From NCBI GenBank assembly GCA_965113315.1, contig OZ220365.1: DNA of 64,000 bases; one strand, given 5' to 3'. Shown here one piece after another: positions 46,890 through 61,241 of this stretch. This stretch comes from Podarcis vaucheri (Eukaryota). The translations under genes and the position numbers were made by a program. Numbering within the stretch: position 1 is the stretch's first letter; every line of letters begins with the position of its first letter. The notes under the pieces are model-generated. The model had not been told where the DNA came from. It was given only the letters and a program-made list of their open reading frames with translations, and searched no databases.

Positions 46890-49411
46890 TATTATAAAAT
46901 AGTATAATTGAAAGAGAGTAGAACACTGGCATTTGGAGATACAGACCAATCTACACACATATGCATACACACACTTAGATATGGTTGTATTTTCACGGAC
47001 TGTTCTTGTTGCAAATGTCCCTAAGTCAGACACAAAGCAATTCATGTATGTAAAATGCAGTTTCTTAAACTTACATTCTTTTTGTCTGCCTAGGTCTTGC
47101 TACCAGACCACCGTTTTTCACAGAAGCTAAACTGCTGATAACTGTACCACTGGTGGGACAAGCTGTGAAGTGGTTTTTCATCTTCAATGGGCATATTGGC
47201 TAAAAAGGTGAACCATGATGCCCAATAAAAATATGACTTCAGTCAAAAATACATCAGGTGGACTTAGGCAAGCTACTATTGCCTTAGGCCCTCATCTGCA
47301 CTATGGGAATAATGGTGTTGGTCTGTATTACAGGCCTGCCTTAAGTGCACCAGATGATATAAAATGTGCTATATGATTAATACACAATCAATTGTCCCCA
47401 CATTAACTGAACAATCTCTGCCTTCTCCCACGATGGCTGCTTTCTGGAGAGGGTCCTCTAGAAGAGAGGAAGATAGTAATGAGAACATACTAGTCACACA
47501 GGTTATACTGTTGACGACAGCAGGAAAGGTGGAAATGATTTGATTTTAATTTGGGTCTATATTTACAAATATCCAAATATAGAACTGCTTTGCTCTGCTT
47601 GTACAGTAAGTGGAACATTTGGCAGCCCTGTGGTCTTCTCGGTGGGATTAAGCTGAAGATTCACAATTCATTATTTATAACAGCACTCACGCTGCAAGGC
47701 ACCAGAACAGAGCCACCGCAAAAAGTTTCAAGTTGTTCCAAAACCTGTATTCCACTCTTCTTTTCTGAGTGGGTGACAGAAGGATGAAGGTGAATTAGTG
47801 TCAGGAGACGAGGACTTCTGGAACCAGTCTAGGACACGCTTTTATGCTGACAGTGGACCTTGCTATACCAGGCATAGGTAAGGCATTATACAGGAGGAAA
47901 TTTGATTCCAATTAGCACAGTGGAATGACTACATTTCCTTTAATGAAGAATATTTTTATGAAGGTTAGAAAAAAGATGCTAGTAATAAATGCATGTAGCT
48001 ATTGGGCGGAAAATAGGACCACTTCCTTTTAAAATTACTATTCATTGATATTTATGCTGGAAAACATAAGCAAAAAGATACCCTCATACCCTCCAACATT
48101 TCACAGAAAGAAAAAAATGATGCATCTACATACAAGTACTGTACCTAGGAGTTCTCGGGGGACATGTACAGAGATTGCACATGGCAGTAAAGAATTGCTC
48201 ATTGGTTACTTTATCTGATAAGTTAAATTGAAAATTGCTGTATTATTGTAATTCCTTATTAAGTGAACTTGAATATACAGAGTATGTGGAACAACATCCC
48301 ACATTACAGATATCCTCATATTCCTGTTCATCACGAATCTTAGTTTTGCGTGAACACTGATAAGGAAGAGACAACAAGCACTAACATAAAGGTTGCAAAA
48401 CCTATCAGTATGTGTGTGATACAACCCAAACTGGCTGGTGGCCATACTAGAAAAATTGTCAGGGATGCACAACTTGGCAGCTCACCACATGACAATAGAC
48501 GTTTTGAAACCACAAAACAGCAACAAGTTGCCAGAGCCTCACCACCAGCATTTGTTCAGTTATGGCTGGCATAGATAGATAACATATGGTCCAAGAGTAG
48601 AGATTCCAGGAAGGTTCTCAGCAAGCGGAAAGAACCCGGGATAGGTTAAATAACAAATTAGGCAAAGATAGCTAAAAAAGCAGGGTGGTGGTGCAAACTG
48701 CACTATACATGGGATTAAAAGCAAATAATTTTATCAGTTTTCAAAGCTAACAAACTTCAGACTAGTTGCTTAGTTCTTTAACGAGTAGCCCACCTTAATG
48801 AACACAAATACAAGCATTTATTATTGCCAAACTATGTGGCCTTTATGTCCTATTATTATTTATAAAATACCATGAGCAATATGGGAAATTGGTGCAGACA
48901 GACATTTATTTTATGATGATTTGAAATTTGAACTTGAACCAACTTAGTATGTTAGTACTCTTACTCATTTGTTCCCGTTTTCTTTTAATCTCATTATTTT
49001 ATTTTTATTTGGGGCTCCCTCCCTTACCTTCTTATCTCTCAAAGGCAAGCTGTTGCGTTAGGTTGAATTTATCGATGCCATCATGCTGTTCTGGAGTATT
49101 TTGTATATGCTATTACGATTAGCAAAAAATAATTTACTTAAAAATAAAAAATGCAAGAGCAGGACCATGCATCCTTTTGAGCTACTCAGAATGCTTCATG
49201 ACATTAGAACTATCCAGCAGATTCTGCCTGAAGACTGTATTCCACAAGAAATGAAAGAATGTTTATGCTATGGGAGAAAACATCTCATTTTATTAAAAAA
49301 TAAATAAAACAAATATACTCAGTGAGGAAAATATTCCTCAGTTGTTAAATCCCACATATACAAACATTCTGCTTTACTGAATATTAAAACATCAGTGGTT
49401 TACAATACACA

Positions 49412-49995
49412 AGGCTTGTTGCAGAATTCAGCGGCCAGATTACTGACTAGGGCAAGATGGCCCAAAGATATAAAACAAATTCTGTCATGACTGCAGTGGC
49501 TACCAATTAGTTTCTGGGCTCAATTCAATGCTGCTTCTGACATATAAAGTTTTATGTGGCTCAGAACCCCAATACCTCAAGGACCACCTCTCCGCACATG
49601 AACCAATCCTGTGGTTAGCATCTAAGGCTTTTCTCCATGTGCTCCAGATCCAGGAGAGGAGGAGGGTTGTGACGCAAGAAGAGCCTTTTCAGAATTGGCT
49701 TGCTGCTTATGAACGCTCTCCCTAGGGATGTATGCCTGGCACAATTACTAGCCATCTTTAGGCACCATGCAAAAACCATTCTTTTTAGTCAGGTTTTCGG
49801 CCCTTAATTTGGAGTGTTTTAGGTATATCTGGCATTTTCAGTGGGCGAGATACGTTAGACCTGCTTTTAAGGTTTGTATTCCATTTTAGCTTTATGCTGC
49901 TTTTATTCTCTGTATTATTTTGTAAGTCACTTTGAGTTACTTTTTGTAAAAACAACAACTGGTAAGTTCAATAAAAAAGTAAAAATAATAATAAC
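49412..49995 (+). mobile_element. L2-type LINE 3' fragment
   Basis: Broken frames read QNSAARLLT..LQWLPISFWAQF..LLTYKVL.G..PQYLKDHL; GTAAGTCACTTTGAG and an A-rich tail follow. Confidence 0.85.
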
Positions 49996-50143
49996 CTGAG
50001 CTGTGTTGGTTGCTCATATTCCCTTTCTGTCACTTCAAAATGGGAGGAAGAGGCAGGCGTTAGTGCGAGAAATATGGCAGAAATTTATCTGCTTTTCATA
50101 TCTCTTAATCTTTTGGTTTCAGCCACTGCCTGCATCATCCATT

Positions 50144-50361
50144 GAGTGGTACCTCGGGTTACAGGTGCTTCAGGTTACAGACTCCGCTAACCCAGAAATA
50201 GTACCTCAGGTTAAGAACTTTGCTTCAGGATGAGAACAGAAATCGCACGGCGGCGGCAGCGGGAGGCCCCATTAGCTAAAGAGGTACCTCAGGTTAAGAA
50301 CAGTTTCAGGTTAAGAACGGACCTCCGGAACAAATTAAGTTCTTAACCCGAGGTACCACTG
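50144..50361 (+). mobile_element. Tc1/mariner MITE, copy 2
   Basis: AGTGGTACCTCGGGTTA...TAACCCGAGGTACCACTG+TA; the left terminus is slightly mutated. Confidence 0.92.
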
Positions 50362-51099
50362 TATAAACACTGTTTTATTGTTTAGGCCTGCCATTATCAG
50401 TAGCTTTGATCTGGAAGCAAGCAGCTTCTTCTTCTTTTTATCGGCTGAGGCAAGATGCTGAAGGCATGCTGCACTGCTTTGCAGACAGTGTGCAGTCATT
50501 CAAAGCCACAAATTACATCACTCACATTAGCATTTTATTTTTAAGAAGCATCCTCAATCTCTACACATACCTCGCCAGACATTTATTTAGTCTCTTAGCG
50601 CAACAAGGAAGACGCTTATTTTTTAATGAATCAAGGAGAAAGACAGTATTACATGACATCAATGCATAGAAATGCAATGATAACTATGAGTACCTTTTGC
50701 CAAAAAACCATTAACTAAAAAACAAACAAACCACACTCCGCACACAACAACCAAAAACTAACAACATTTGGCTGTGATTCATATGACTTGAATAACTGCT
50801 TGTTATTTCAGAACTTTTATGGGGCTGGTTTTTTTGGGGGGGTACTTCTATGAAAACTATATATAGCTAACTAATAGTGAATGATTTTGAAGAATATAAT
50901 GAAATATAGTCTTATTATTTCTATAGAGATTCTCCTTTGCTCACCCCCACTATAACAACAACAAAAGACAAAGAAGCTATGTTTAAAAGAGTAACTACTA
51001 AATGCACATGAGTTTGAAGAAGAACTTGTTAAGGGTATTTTTTGCTTATACCTAAAACAGTGCTTGGCATTTGAAGAGTGTGCCCAGGTGTTCAACTAC

Positions 51100-52302
51100 T
51101 GCATAATGATCTAGTAAAAGAAGTTTGTATACCTGACTTCCAGAAATCATTTGGGGAAATGTCTCATTTTGGGTAAGAGAATGCATTCTCTTATGGGTTT
51201 AGTAAAACAACCAGAAGCAGAGTCTAGGAGGAAATGGATAGTCTGTGCAATGGAGAGAAGTAAGAAGAGGGAGCCCCTAAAATACTGTATTGGGACCAGC
51301 GACATTTAACTTCTTCATAAATAATCTGGAGTTAGAGGTCACAAGTGAAGTAACCAAGGTTGCAGATGATATCAGATTTTACATTGTGGTGAAGAACTCC
51401 AAAAAGATTCTCAAGACTGGGTGACTGGATATCAGAATAGTAAATGAGGTTCAATGTAAATATGTGTTAAAGTAATGCACACACTGACCAAAAATAAATA
51501 AATTATAACGACATGCATACCTTTATGTGATTTGAAGTAGAAGTGGCTAACCAGGGGTCTGATCTGGGGTTCATGGTGACTAGCTCAATGACAACTTCAA
51601 CTCAATGAGCAGCACTGTGAAAAGGCCAGATTAAACTCTACGGAAAAGATACTGAAAATAAAAACTGCCAGGTTGGCAATACCCTTAAACAAATCTATGA
51701 TACAGCCACATTTGAAATGCTGTGTACAGTTCTGGAAGCCCCCACCCCAAATATGATATTGTCGATTTGTAGAAGGTGCAGAGACCAAAATCGTTGGGGA
51801 GTCGGAACACCTTCACGCTAATAAAAAACTTATATGTGTGTGGAGCTTTTAAATTAAGAAACAAACCACAATTACTAAGGCTAAAATGACAGGACATAAG
51901 ATCATACATGGTTTACGTTGGTAGAGAGAAGCTTCTCAATTGCTCATGTAATATCAGAGTCCAGGGTCTGGTCGTAAATTTATGACAGACAAAAGAAAGT
52001 ACTGGTTCGCCCTGAACACAATTAATTTATGGCCTTCACTGCCACAAGATGCAGTAATGGCCACTAGCTTAGATTACATTTAAGAAGAGTTAGAAAAAAT
52101 CATGGAGCACAGATCTACCAGAGGCCATTTGTCATACTGGCTCTATGGACACAAACTGCTATCAGTAGCTGAAGAGCAACAGCGGGAGAAGGCTATTACC
52201 TTTACGACCTGCTTGTGGGCTTCCTGGAGGCATCTGGTTGGCCACTGTGGGAAGCAAGAAGCTGGACTTTGGCCTGATCCAGCACGGCTCTTCTTGCGTC
52301 CC
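51100..52302 (+). mobile_element. CR1 LINE, degraded 3' ~1.2 kb (RT domain to 3' UTR)
   Basis: Remnants of YLDFQK.F, VADD, RFNV..C.VMH and PHL..CVQFW; 3' UTR TGGCCTGATCCAGCACGGCTCTTCTT. Confidence 0.85.
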
Positions 52303-52304
52303 TC

Positions 52305-52490
52305 ACATTCATAATCTGGTTGTAATCCTTACACCAACCCTCCAAGGTAGGTCAGTATTATTATCCCCATACTGCTGAAGCTGGGCTGAGGATAAGAGAG
52401 AGGGGCTTGCCTACAGTAATTCAGTCAGTTAAGTGAAGTGAGATTCAATGAGCTGGGAATTCTTGACTGCTAGTTCCACCAGACTATACC
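52305..52490 (-). mobile_element. MIR/CORE-like SINE
   Basis: ATCCTTACACCAACCCT..AGGTAGG..TATTATTATCCCCAT..GCTGAGG CORE-type sequence. Confidence 0.6.
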
Positions 52491-55403
52491 AGTTGCAATA
52501 AGCTAAATGACATGATTCAATTTGATCTTTTTCAGTACAAGTGTGAAGCTGAACTACTAGCTATTTGCGTAGTTAGAATAGAACCTCTTTTCTTGTGCTC
52601 ATACCCCCAAAGTTAGTTAGTGCAAAGTATTTGTTAAGATTTTAAAAGCAGAGTAATGAGTCCACGACTCCTCTTGTTTGAGTTGCATTGTGTAGCTCTG
52701 CATTCATAGAACACACATATAGAGTATCAAAACTCAGCTGCTTATATCAAATAGTATCTGGCATATATTTTTTCACTTCACTATGGTATTCTTTCTCCAT
52801 CTCCCTGTAATATTGTATGGAATTGTTAATACCGGGCAAAATTATTTGCCGATTCCCTGGTCTTACTGCTCTCTGGAAAACCATTCAACAAAATTGCTTG
52901 GTGCATAAAATCAAACTCTCTCTCTCTCTCTCTCTCTTTTTAAACTTCATTGTCTGTTTTCTGACTCCAACCTTGTATAATATTTTGGAAAAAGTTACCC
53001 TTTTCTGTACTGAGCAGAGTAAATATTTTGTCAGTTGTTAAGGATGAGCTACAGAGCAAGGCCCAGCAATGTATCCAAATTCAGCAGGGAGACTTGGAAA
53101 CTGCTTTAGAACTTTGTTCCAGATTCTGATTGGTAAAATACTTCAGAGGCCAGCAGAAATACCAGCCATTCAACCAGTTCAGGAAAAGATGAGTGAATCT
53201 TTTCATATCAGTCCACCCTTCCCCCTTGCAACACAGGTTTTAAAATCAAAGTAAATTTCTGTAACAGGAAAAATAAATTCCTCCAATAATTGTTTAGCCA
53301 ATTGGTGATGGTTTATTAATGGGAAGTATGCATATTGCTACTGATGAGCAGAACTATGCTATGAATGGAGGAAAACAGAAAACATTCCGACTCGATAAGG
53401 AACTATGGCTGGTTGGCACTGTAAAATTGTGGCTGCATCAAATCAACAAATACATTGAAACAGAAACCCACATGTTGCAAAGATTGGTAGCAAAATTAGG
53501 TAGCTGTTTCAAAAGGTGTGGCCATTTGGCTATAGACAAGCAGATGTCCTGAATATGCTATAATTTGTGTCATGTTAATGACCCAACATGTTGGCTAACC
53601 TGAAATTCAAGTAAATTGGAGTACTGTTTAGAAGGTTATCCTGACAATGAACACACATATATATACCCATTATTCTATTTGGTACTCTCAAATCAAGATC
53701 AACCACTCAAGGTCCCATTACCTTGAGACACTGACTTTCCCGCAGCTGCATAGGGCATTTGTTGAACTAAGGTTACAACAAATGCTCTCAAGTGTATTTA
53801 GAGGGGAGATACCTGAGAATTCCCCATGTGTATATAAAAAAGGTGCTGCTGTGGGAAGAACTCTCCCTCTAAACAATAATAATAAAAAAGATCAATCACT
53901 ATCAAGACTACAAAGCAGCATACAACTTCTTAAAGCTTTTTATCAACTTCTCCATAATTACATCAAAACAAAATTGTTTTCACTTGCCATCTAAAAGAAA
54001 AGTGGGGGTAGCCGACTTCTCTGGAAAGTTCAAACAGAAATCAAACATTGTGCACTCTCCCCCCCTCCCCCAGTTTGCTGCATTTCTTCTGGCTCACATT
54101 CAATTTTAACTCTCAACTCTGGCTTTCTAACTACCAATGTATTGAGCACCCATCTGCTGTTTCACACAAAACCCTTTGCTTTGCTCTCCTTGATGGCCCA
54201 TGATCCAGGCGATCACTTCATCAGGAGGTTAGCCTGGCTTATATTTTAACACTTGCTGGATCCAGGGTTTAGAAGAGCCTGGCATACAGCTACCCCCACC
54301 CCCAAACTCATAACAGTTGTGTTAGAGAGAAATAAAGGTGGGTGATATAAAGGTGGGGCATGCAAACTGGCAAATCAAAGCAATTAATGCATTTACATTG
54401 ACAACAAAATTAAAGTACGGTAAATGATTTTAAGGGGAAAAAGGTAAAAACATAAATGATCACTTTTTTAAAAAACAAACAAACATAAAAGCTTTCTGGG
54501 AAGAGTTAGTGTCAGTACAATCGATGAGACAAGCAGTGTGTTATTGGAACTTTGGAAAGAGTAGCAAAAGGGAGTCTGAAAGCATGAAAACCACCCACCC
54601 ACTCTCAGTAGCAACTATCTCAGAGGAAATTCTCTTCCTCCCCCTGCTCTTCCGACTACCAGCAGCTGCAAAAGATGTCTGGGAAGTATGGACAGGTGGT
54701 CACATATTTCATATTACATTGCAAAGGTCTAATTTTGAAGTGCGAAAGCAGACACTGATAACACCGCTTTCTCTGACTGGAGGGTGAATAACTCCTTTGC
54801 ACATTACATCACATCATAGGTTTTGACAGTATTTCACTATTAAAAGCAAACAATTGCCACAATCACTGGCAGGCAAGTGACTTTTGGGGTTGTATGTGAA
54901 AAGCAAACAGACCGGTCTTGCTGCAAGGCTTTGGAACAGAAGCTTCATAATCAAATTGTCATTGAAGCCGTCTTAAAAAGACAACAGCAGCAAACATGCA
55001 CAAAATGTCTGATAGAATAGTCAAACGCAGGAACATTCCTCTTTCCCCACCAATAGTCAAACTTATTTGGTTTGTTCGCACATTTGATATTAGGATTTTT
55101 TAAAAAAAAAGAACACACAATTTCCTGTTTGAGCAAGCTTCGAACCCCCTCACTACTATCCTGCGATAGTATAGGCACAAAACCTTTTTAGTGTCATAGA
55201 AAAGTTCGAAAATTGGGAATCCTATTATTAAGTGGCATGCTTAATTATTGGTCACTTGTCTTATTTTCAAGATAACAAGCTGGAGGAGATAGAGGGGAGA
55301 CTTAAGACTCTTCTGGTTAAGTGGTTGGTTAAGCTGGTAAGAGATTTCCTTCATAAATCTTAATAAACTTTTTATTTTAGCATACGGCATCTTCTTCTAA
55401 CTA

Positions 55404-55629
55404 CAGTGGTACCTCGGGTTACATGTGCTTCAGGTTACAGACTCTGCTAACCCAGAAATATTACCTCAGGTTAAGAACTTTGCTTCAGGATGAGAACAGA
55501 AATCGTGCTCCGGTGGCGCGGCAGCAGCGGGAGGCCCCATTAGCTAAAGTGGTGCTTCAGGTTAAGAACAGTTTCAGGTTAAGAACGGACCTCCAGAACG
55601 AATTAAATACTTAACCCGAGGTACCACTG
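55404..55629 (+). mobile_element. Tc1/mariner MITE, copy 3
   Basis: Perfect 18-bp TIR CAGTGGTACCTCGGGTTA; TA TSD at 55402-55403 and 55630-55631. Confidence 0.95.
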
Positions 55630-55875
55630 TACAGCAATTCACATTTGTTTGTGATTATTCACAGTGAGTTCAAAAGCATCAACTCAGGATATATAATTGC
55701 AAAAGAATGTAAGTTATTCCAACACTACGGAGTAATAAAACTTTAGTTAAAACATTTTTATCATTGACTATTAACTACATGAATAACAATCTGAGGTGAA
55801 CATAAGAGGCTGGATCCAGGATTGTTGAGACCAGAACATCACTAACTGGATGCTTCTGCAGGTGGATGGGATGGA

Positions 55876-55908
55876 GAAGACATTAGGCATGAAGACATTA
55901 GGCATGAA
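55876..55908 (+). repeat. 15-bp tandem duplication
   Basis: GAAGACATTAGGCAT x2. Confidence 0.9.
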
Positions 55909-56187
55909 AAGGCAGAAAATTTTGGAAGAGTTTCAGGTACCAAAAGAATATGGCTGGCTTCAGGTTAGGATTGGTGAACCTGTCTCTCTCCAGAAACCAT
56001 TGGACTCCAACTCCCATCAGCCCCAGCCAACATGCTCTGCCAAAACCAAGAAACACGGAACAACAGGAGTTCATTCAGACCAAACCCAATCCCAGAACAA
56101 TATCACTGTCCACATTCATACTGTATATGAAAAATCAACACAGCAGTAAGATAAACATTAATCATGGGATAATAAAGAAAAATTACA

Positions 56188-56426
56188 GGGTGGGATCCGA
56201 TGTAGTGACAACAGCCTTCTAGTTGTGCAACAGGGCTTCTCCTTTATCTCCTCCCCTCTGCAGCCCCTTGTGCACCCTTAAAATTTGCAATGGAGGGTTC
56301 AGGGACCCTTTGTAACAGATCTGAGGGGCACATCAGGAGCCAGAACGGGGAGAAAAGGTGCTGGACATCCTGTTGCACAAGCAAATTTCTTTAGGCAAGT
56401 GGGTGGACATCACTGGATGTCACCCA
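56188..56426. mobile_element. Degraded Harbinger-like MITE
   Basis: Ends GGGTGGGATCCGATG and CACTGGATGTCACCC; internal inverted TTGTGCAACAGG / CCTGTTGCACAA. Confidence 0.5.
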
Positions 56427-57739
56427 TATTGTATTAGAGTGGGTCACTGACAGCACAATTTAATGCATGCTTACTCAAAAGGAAATCCCTGGTGTTCAAA
56501 AAGGCTCACTCATAAGTAAGCGTGTACCAAATTGCATCCTGAGATATCTGAGGGCTTGTGAATTACGTGATATTTTGTATGCAATTGTGATATATAGATA
56601 ATATATGGTTTAAAATGAGGCAACTATTGAAAATAAGGGCCAGATTCAACTAATCCAGTGCCCTAGCAGTGCAAGGACTCCTGCCAGTGTAATGGGGCTT
56701 GTCCTTTTTTCCTGCTCCCCTGCCCCCTTACACTTCCCCCATATCCACTTTGGAGGGTCAGGAGAACCCCCACAACAGCACAAGTTTATTCCGTTTGGCA
56801 AGTGCAACACTGAGTTCCCACCTTTTATTTTATGTGTGCTTTCTGAAAACACAGACTCTAACCCTTAAGGTGTGGGATAATTTATGTGGGAAGATTTATG
56901 AGGAAATATTCAGTTATTACTTTTCATCTCCTTTATGGTTCATCTTTCAGGACAAGTTACAATATTCCTACATGACAATATTCCTACATGCTGTTGTGAG
57001 GAGGAAGCAGCAATGCTGCTGTGTCTGTGTAAGTCTTTGCAGAAGGACAGAGCAATAAATCAGGTCAGGCTGGAGGTCACTCTCCTCTCAGCATGCAGAG
57101 ATAAAGCAGAAGTGCTGTGTGGAAGGCGTGGGCTTCATGAAGAACTCGACAGAGGAAAGATGAGAGAAGCAGGAGACTGGAGAGGAGGAGGAGAATTGTC
57201 AGGATGCATTCCACTCCACTTGTGGGGTGGGCAGCTTGGGGGAACGCAGATAAGAGGAGAGAGCCCTATAATGCAGCATCCAATGAAAGGTGAGAAGAGA
57301 AATGGATTTTGGAGGGGGGGGCTCATATTTTGAGCAAATAAGAAAGGAACAAGAAAAGGTTATTGGAGTCAAGATCCGGTATAACAAGTTCAAGTGGTGA
57401 CCCTATAGCAGGATATTTGAGGAAACAGCGGAGGAGGCCAGCGACAAAAATGGAGTCTGGGTTCTTACAGCAATGGCCCCACTCGGTACACCTGAAGTAA
57501 CAGCACTTTGGTGCTCTGAGGATCCTCTGGGGATGGATGAATATAACAAGTATGGTTACAGTTATTATTTGCCTCATGGCCACCTCTCTATCCAGAAATA
57601 TGAACTAAGCATATCCAACAAAACCACAATATTTCTCTCTCTCTCCTGGGATTGACTAGATCATGCTTGTCTTCTATTATGGGAAATCTCGGCTACTTTT
57701 CCTTCCGTTTTCTGCAAGAACCGGATACTGCATACCTAG

Positions 57740-57744
<5 letters not shown>

Positions 57745-57776
<32 letters not shown>
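57745..57776 (+). repeat. (AC)n microsatellite
   Basis: Directly visible, about 16 units. Confidence 0.97.
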
Positions 57777-57779
<3 letters not shown>

Positions 57780-58549
57780 TGTGTTTTTTTAAATTGCCAG
57801 AATACTCTTTCAAAGCAGCACCTGAAAGCGAAGGAGAAAACCAGAAGGGAGCATACTAAGGAAACATAGGGAAATGGCAATCTAGCAAAAAAAAAATAAA
57901 AAAAAAATAAGGGCATTCAAGGACAAAGGGAGCCAAACATGTCAATCATAGGTTGCTTCGGTGCCAAAAAAATTAAAATAGCCTTTTCTGTATTAGGAAC
58001 AGTTATCAAATCAAACAGTCTGAAATGTTCAAGGTTCCCCTTTGCCCCCATTTTACTGGGCACACTGCTGTTCTTGCCTACAGGTGAAAACTCACAAACT
58101 GCATAAAATACAGTTCCATATGAACAACTCTCACACTCACAATGCCTTCTATTGGAGCGTCATTGTATTTTCTTATACAGTAATGTTATTTCCGGGGGGG
58201 GGGGATGAATTGCCCATTATATAGAAATGAAAATAAGCAAGTATCCATGGCTACTGTTGTGATCCCAGCAACATCATTTGTACAGCTGTGAATATTTGTT
58301 ATATTGCCAATTACGGCACAGCCACAGCACTAGGGAAATGACTAGCAAACACTGGTGCCTTATTTGGAAGGGGGTATTTTCCAAAGTAAAAGCAAACTTT
58401 TATTTCTGACTTTGCGACCTTTGCAATTTCACTTTTTTTTTTTCCTCCCAGCAGATGACCACTGAGAAGCATTTGCAGTTTTTTCTTTCAGGGCAATCAG
58501 ATACAAATGACTGACAGAGATGTGTCCAGTAATGACAGATTGTATAGAT

Positions 58550-58685
58550 CAGGCATCCACAAACTCAGCCCTCCAGATGTTTTTGGACTACAATTCCCAA
58601 CATCCCTGATTGCTGTTCCTGTTAGCTAGGGAAGATGGGAGTTATAGTCCCAAAACATCTGGAGGGCCGAGTTTGGGGGTGCCTG
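58550..58685. mobile_element. Palindromic hAT (Charlie-like) MITE, 136 bp
   Basis: The whole element is an imperfect inverted repeat (CAGGCATCCACAAACTCAGCCCTCCAGATG.. / ..CATCTGGAGGGCCGAGTTTGGGGGTGCCTG). Perfect 8-bp TSD GTATAGAT at 58542-58549 and 58686-58693. Confidence 0.95.
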
Positions 58686-61241
58686 GTATAGATCAAATGA
58701 ACAGTCTAATATGTGTGATTTCTTCAAGATTTATGTTATTTATATCAACATTTCTAATTTCTTGCTCAGTAATTCTGAAATCCAAGTGAAGTGGAACATT
58801 GGTTTAACCACAACAGAGCATTTGCAAGAAGATGATGAAACTACGCTGGGAAACCAGAAGACAGAGCATGTCTTCCTGAGGCTCATTCCCAATTTGCAAA
58901 CCATGGTTTGGAGGAGGCAGCTAATGCAATGCCTGTGCTGTATCACAATGGGATGCAGTCCTCATTTCTTTACAACAAAGGAAGAGAGTTATTTTGAGGC
59001 AGAAGGCTGGAGACTATAGATCTATACTGGGATTAATGCATATCTTCTCCCATGTTAATCTGCCGTTGTTTACCAAGTCTTGGTCTCATATGCTATGTAC
59101 TTAGGACGTAGCCACATGGAGTATATCCTCATCATGCTATCAATAAATAATACTGATTACTGCTTCTAGGCAGTTGGGATCCAAATAATTACTTTAGGTG
59201 TGCTTAAGGACTTGGGCATATGGACTGTGGTTTCTGACTTGTTTTCTTTTAACAGCAAATGCTCATATGCCATATTAAGAATATATTTTGGAAATCTGCC
59301 CATTTTCAAAAGTGTGTTGCCATGTGGTACTGGGGTGAGAGGACAGTTGCTGTTCAAGAAATGGAATTAGTTGTGAGTTGTTTGGATCCTTGCCATTTAA
59401 AACTTAAGCCATTGCATTTCTCTCTGATAGCATGAATGAACGAACAAGTATTTCAGGCATATACTAATGCAACCATCTAGCAATCAGATAACCGAGAACA
59501 AATTAGATTCAGTCAAAGCCTCAGATATAATATGTACTAAACATATTATCATAATAGTTTTGTTTTTTAATGGCTTTATAGTTCGGATGGTGAAACATTC
59601 ATACTCCCTTTAAGTTCAGAATATGCAGGAAAATGAGAGAAATTTCTTTGAAAAATCAGTTACTCTCTGTGACAATTTTAATAGGAAACTTAATGAAACT
59701 GCAAGAATGTATGCCTAGTTGGGCTAAGTGAAATGTCAGACCTTCATTATATAATCTGAAATATTTCTCTGTTCCTTTGTAAGCTTTCTACCCAGGAACG
59801 TAAAGCGCATATACTTGCCAACCTGGGCTCCTTTGTGAGGAAGGGCAGGATATAAATTTAATAAATAAAATTAAAGATTGCCAGTCTACTGCCAGTCTAC
59901 TGCTATTGTCACCTCCTCCTTTCAGTATGTTGTTTCCTCTTGTTTTATATTTTCCTGAAATTGACTAGATTTCATATATTACAAAAGACACTTAATGAAG
60001 TTAGCACAGTTGTTTGCTGCCTTGCTTCTGCTATACAAAGACACGTTTCTTAGTTTTAAATGCTTTTCCTTCTACCAAGATGCCATAACAGCCACATAGG
60101 TTGTAGATCTTTGGTGCCAGAACTTCCCCAGAACTCCAGTACTCTATAAAAACAAGTACCAAAGCAGCACAAGCTTGTGTCCAAGATGCCTGATAATTTT
60201 TACCATGTTGAGACACACTTTTGAATAGCTCAATTTACAATGAAGGCACCTATCCCACGTAGCTGAGGCTTTATCAGTCTGCTCTCCTGCCAAGAGTGCT
60301 TTCTTCCCTCCTCTAGTGAAAGTTATTGTCTAGCCTGATTCGTATTTCTGATTATCACCAAGAAAAAAGACTAACATTGTGATTGAGGAAGTCCAGTTTT
60401 CTTCCTGGCATAAATTTCAACAACGAATCCTACATTATGTACTTTTTCTCAAAAGTATTATAGCTATACATACTCATCTCTCTCATATAAATACCTCATA
60501 ATAATTCAAAAGATACTACAAAAAATGGGTTTGGATAAGATATAGTAGATCTGGACTCAAAGCAAATTTCAAGAGAACTTCAAGAGAGCACAAACTTACA
60601 AACATTTCTGCAGGAAGTTCAGGTACCAATGCAATACATATCTTAGTCAACACTACATAAGGGAGGGCTCATATTGCCACCATTTCCCTTTTTTACTTAT
60701 TAGTTTCACAAGAAATATATGTTAAGAGTACAATGCAGTATCCCACATTTGTATTAAGACTTTAGCATTGGTATGCCATGAACCACCCAGTCAGTAGTTC
60801 CTCCAATTGTCATAGTGAACATCCCAATTCATGAAAATAATTGCCCACACCTACCCAACTGCAAATGAAGCAAACATTAGCACCTGGCACCATTCATTGT
60901 AGTCTACTTCATGGGAGCAAGCTGTTTCAAGAAAGAAGGAAAGGTAAAGATCACACCAGGAGAACAGCATTATTTAATGTTTGAAGAAGTTGTGGAAGTA
61001 AGTCTTATGAAAAGTAGGCATCTGCAAGGTGCTGTGGCCACTTGCACTCTTTGCCTCCCAGTTGAGGCATACAAGAGTTGAGTGAATATAGGCAACAATT
61101 TACCAAGGAATGACTTGCCATGTGCATGGATCTACTCAGTAAGCCAGGAGGTATAGAAGGTAAGAGAACATGTTCACAATTTCATTCTGCCTGACCTCTG
61201 AAGACAGCCCATTGTCACTTTCAAACATCTACCATGAGCAC

